The notes under the pieces were generated by a model that was not told the origin of the DNA, made no database searches, and was given only the letters and a program-made list of their open reading frames with translations. Position numbers and translations under genes: made by a program. A stretch of DNA of 64,000 bases from Raja brachyura. Lineage: Eukaryota. Shown here piece after piece: positions 61,501 to 64,000 of the stretch. Each line of letters starts with the position of its first letter. Positions within the stretch are counted from its first letter, which is position 1. The stretch spans positions 31,310,001-31,374,000 of the forward strand of contig OY740803.1 of NCBI GenBank assembly GCA_963514005.1. The letters are read 5' to 3'.

Positions 61501-63714
61501 TCCGTGATGATGCCTCCTGTAATGGAGTATTGCCAGCGGCGTTAGCATTGAAGCACTCAGCTTCCGTAGAGTCTCAGCAACTCAGTGCTGGGGAAAGTGA
61601 TGCCTGTTGGGCTGTCCACACCCTGTGGACTCTGGAGTTGATTGAACATTCCATAGTGCCCCTGGTATTAATCAGCTGTCCCTTTATGCACTTGGTAAAG
61701 TAAAAAACTGGGGCAAGGTGCTTCAAGGTGCTGGGGCAACTGTGAGCTCCATTGAATGGTGTTCGAGGTGGAAATGTGCATTGGATGAACAGTGATACTG
61801 GTAGGTGCCTGATGCCAAGAGAAGGTCAGACACACACTGGGGACTGGAGCTGCAAGTGCTTGTTTCCACGTTGTGGTTGGTGTAATGTCAACTAAACATA
61901 ATCACAAGCCTGATCTCCTCAAATCAAAATTGGATCACATTATGCTGAAAAAAGCACAATGTAATCAAATTCCTAGGCTTATTACCCTTATAATAATGAA
62001 GCCCAGCCCTTCATACACTCAGCCTGGTGTTTGTGGATTAGTTCTTGAATCTTTCCTGGTGAAACTCTTGCAAGTGAGGGTAATGATTTGCGGATCAGAT
62101 ATGTTTTTAGTTGTATCTGTTTTTTGTGGTTTTGTATTTCTTTGATGTTGTCAATGCACAGGGTCTTTGGTTTCACAGGAATTATTACATTCTTTAAAGT
62201 AGAACTTAGTTCCCTCTGGATGTCTCGAGAAAGCTGGACAAGCATGAACTGCTTGTAAAGCTCACACAAAACATGCACCAGTTGACACCAAGCCAACACT
62301 TTGTGGTCCATTAGTTTGCCACCACCTACTAGTTAACTATTCATTATTGGGATTCTCTGGTTACCCATGAGAACATGATGCGGAGCTAATTCCTAGAACC
62401 ACTTGATCTACTTGGTTAACATGCTGGGCCCTTTCAGAAGGTAATTATGAGTTAACCACATTTTCATGGCTCACGTTTGGAGGGCATGTTGGAGCTGCTC
62501 AGTCAGGATGCCTACTCACGCGTTCGGAAAATAAAATGCTGGGCGAGGAGAAAAAATCAATCAAAAGGAATTTAGAAAGGGCAGGTTAAAAGTTGGTCAG
62601 GAATAATTTACATACAGCGGTGATGGCTGGACTTCTATATCGTCTACATCCATTCTGTAAGAAGTCATTGAACACTTCTCAAAAGGTCTTCTCCCAGACT
62701 CAATGCAACCAGCAGGGGAAGTGAATTCACTGACAAATATGGAGTACGTGCTTCATACCAAACCCTTTCTTTCCATTGCCACCAGGGAAACATTTTGCAT
62801 CTATTTGGATTCATATGGACTGTAAATTCAATGAAAAAATACTGTGATAAAATATACTGAATTACAGGTGCACTGCAAAGCTAACTTGATAAATCTAGCA
62901 TGAACTAAAGCAGGCAGCATGTGGGCAATAAAGTTACGTACAAGGCCTGTGATACAGTGAGGAGCCAATGGGTGACTTGAAGGCTATGGGTTGGTCTGTG
63001 GGAGCTGGGAGGGTATTAAATAAATACAATCTCTGTGTGGTTTCAATTGGTTATCTTGAGACTGCTAAACTCATTCATTTCACGGTGTAATGCTTAACTC
63101 ACGCCTCCCTAATTAAACACTAATTACTATTTTCAATGGTATTAGATCACTAGAACAGATTATTAAATAGTTTTCTCAAGAGTACTTAATAACCAATTAA
63201 AACTCATAAGCCTGTGGGGAAGTAATTAATGAACTCGATGCTTCTATTGTGTTCAATGGTGAAGGATTAATAAATGCTATTATTGGGAATTCTTACCTCA
63301 TCTATAGATAATGTGGTTTCATCTCCAGCTTTTTTGACCACATTGACGTCTGCCAAAATCCCGATATTTGGGAATTGAAATTAAGATTTTCCACAGTAAT
63401 TAGAAATGATTTTTATTGTGAATTACTTTATCACTGTCTTGTAATGCAGTGAGAAATATTTTAGGATTTTTTTTTCTCTGAGAACTTAGATCTTGTTGGA
63501 ACAAAGCATTCTTGAAACTCCTGGATATGCTTTCATTAATTTACAAGTGACAAAGAAATATTTTTCAAAACACTGTCAGATTGCAGAGAGTAAGAGAGGT
63601 GGTGAGGTAAATCAGGAAGCAGTGCTTCCCAGCTTGGTTTGAATCCTGTAAAATAAGAAAAGAAAGTTGTCATTTTAAATTAAAGCAGGAATTGATGGGC
63701 CTTTATATCAATGG

Positions 63715-63925
63715 AGATACACACAAAATGCCGGAGTAACTCAACGGAACATGCAGCATCCCTGGATAGAAGGAATGGGTGACGTTTCGGGTCGATACCC
63801 TTCTTCAGACTAAGAGTGGAGACACAGAGATAATGAAGAGTGTATCCAGAGATGCGGCCTGTTCCGCTGAGTTACTCCAGCATTTTGTATCTACCATGTA
63901 AACTAGCATCTGCAGTTCCTTCCTA
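63715..63925. mobile_element. Penelope-like inverted remnant enclosing a hammerhead core
   Basis: Inverted arms about 63723-63768 and 63843-63888; minus strand CTGAAGAAGGGTATCGACCCGAAACGTC at about 63781-63808. Confidence 0.8.
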
Positions 63926-64000
63926 TAATTTATTTCAATGGATTCTTTGTTGCATAGAATGTGTATAAAACAGCAGATAAATTAAGGGGAGCATTAGAAG

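Noticed and set aside
1-64000. Prokaryotic systems (CRISPR arrays, operons, rRNA)
   Set aside because: No regularly spaced repeats, gene-dense regions or rRNA similarity; the sequence is vertebrate non-coding DNA.

Overview
Eukaryotic, repeat-rich, essentially non-coding DNA. The repeat families point to a cartilaginous fish, probably a skate or ray (inference from HE1-type V-SINEs and elasmobranch-type CR1, Rex1 and Penelope relics). No intact protein-coding gene is supported; ORFs with recognisable motifs are retroelement fragments. The window holds about 11 tRNA-derived HE1/V-SINE copies, many CR1 fragments (one 1.6 kb frameshifted RT copy), Rex1-like LINE relics, Penelope-like remnants with minimal hammerhead motifs, old DeuSINE-like relics, two non-autonomous DNA transposons with exact 8-bp TSDs, a 135-N gap and a candidate 30-nt microexon. 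The most striking signal is a ~140-bp retroposon present twice (24059-24199 and 46385-46521, minus strand). Each copy has TSDs and a (GAA)n tail, and its first ~54 nt fold as a minimal HDV/CPEB3-like self-cleaving ribozyme starting exactly at the element's first base, i.e. a ribozyme-headed SINE. All alignments and folds were done by eye; family names come from recalled consensus features, not database searches.
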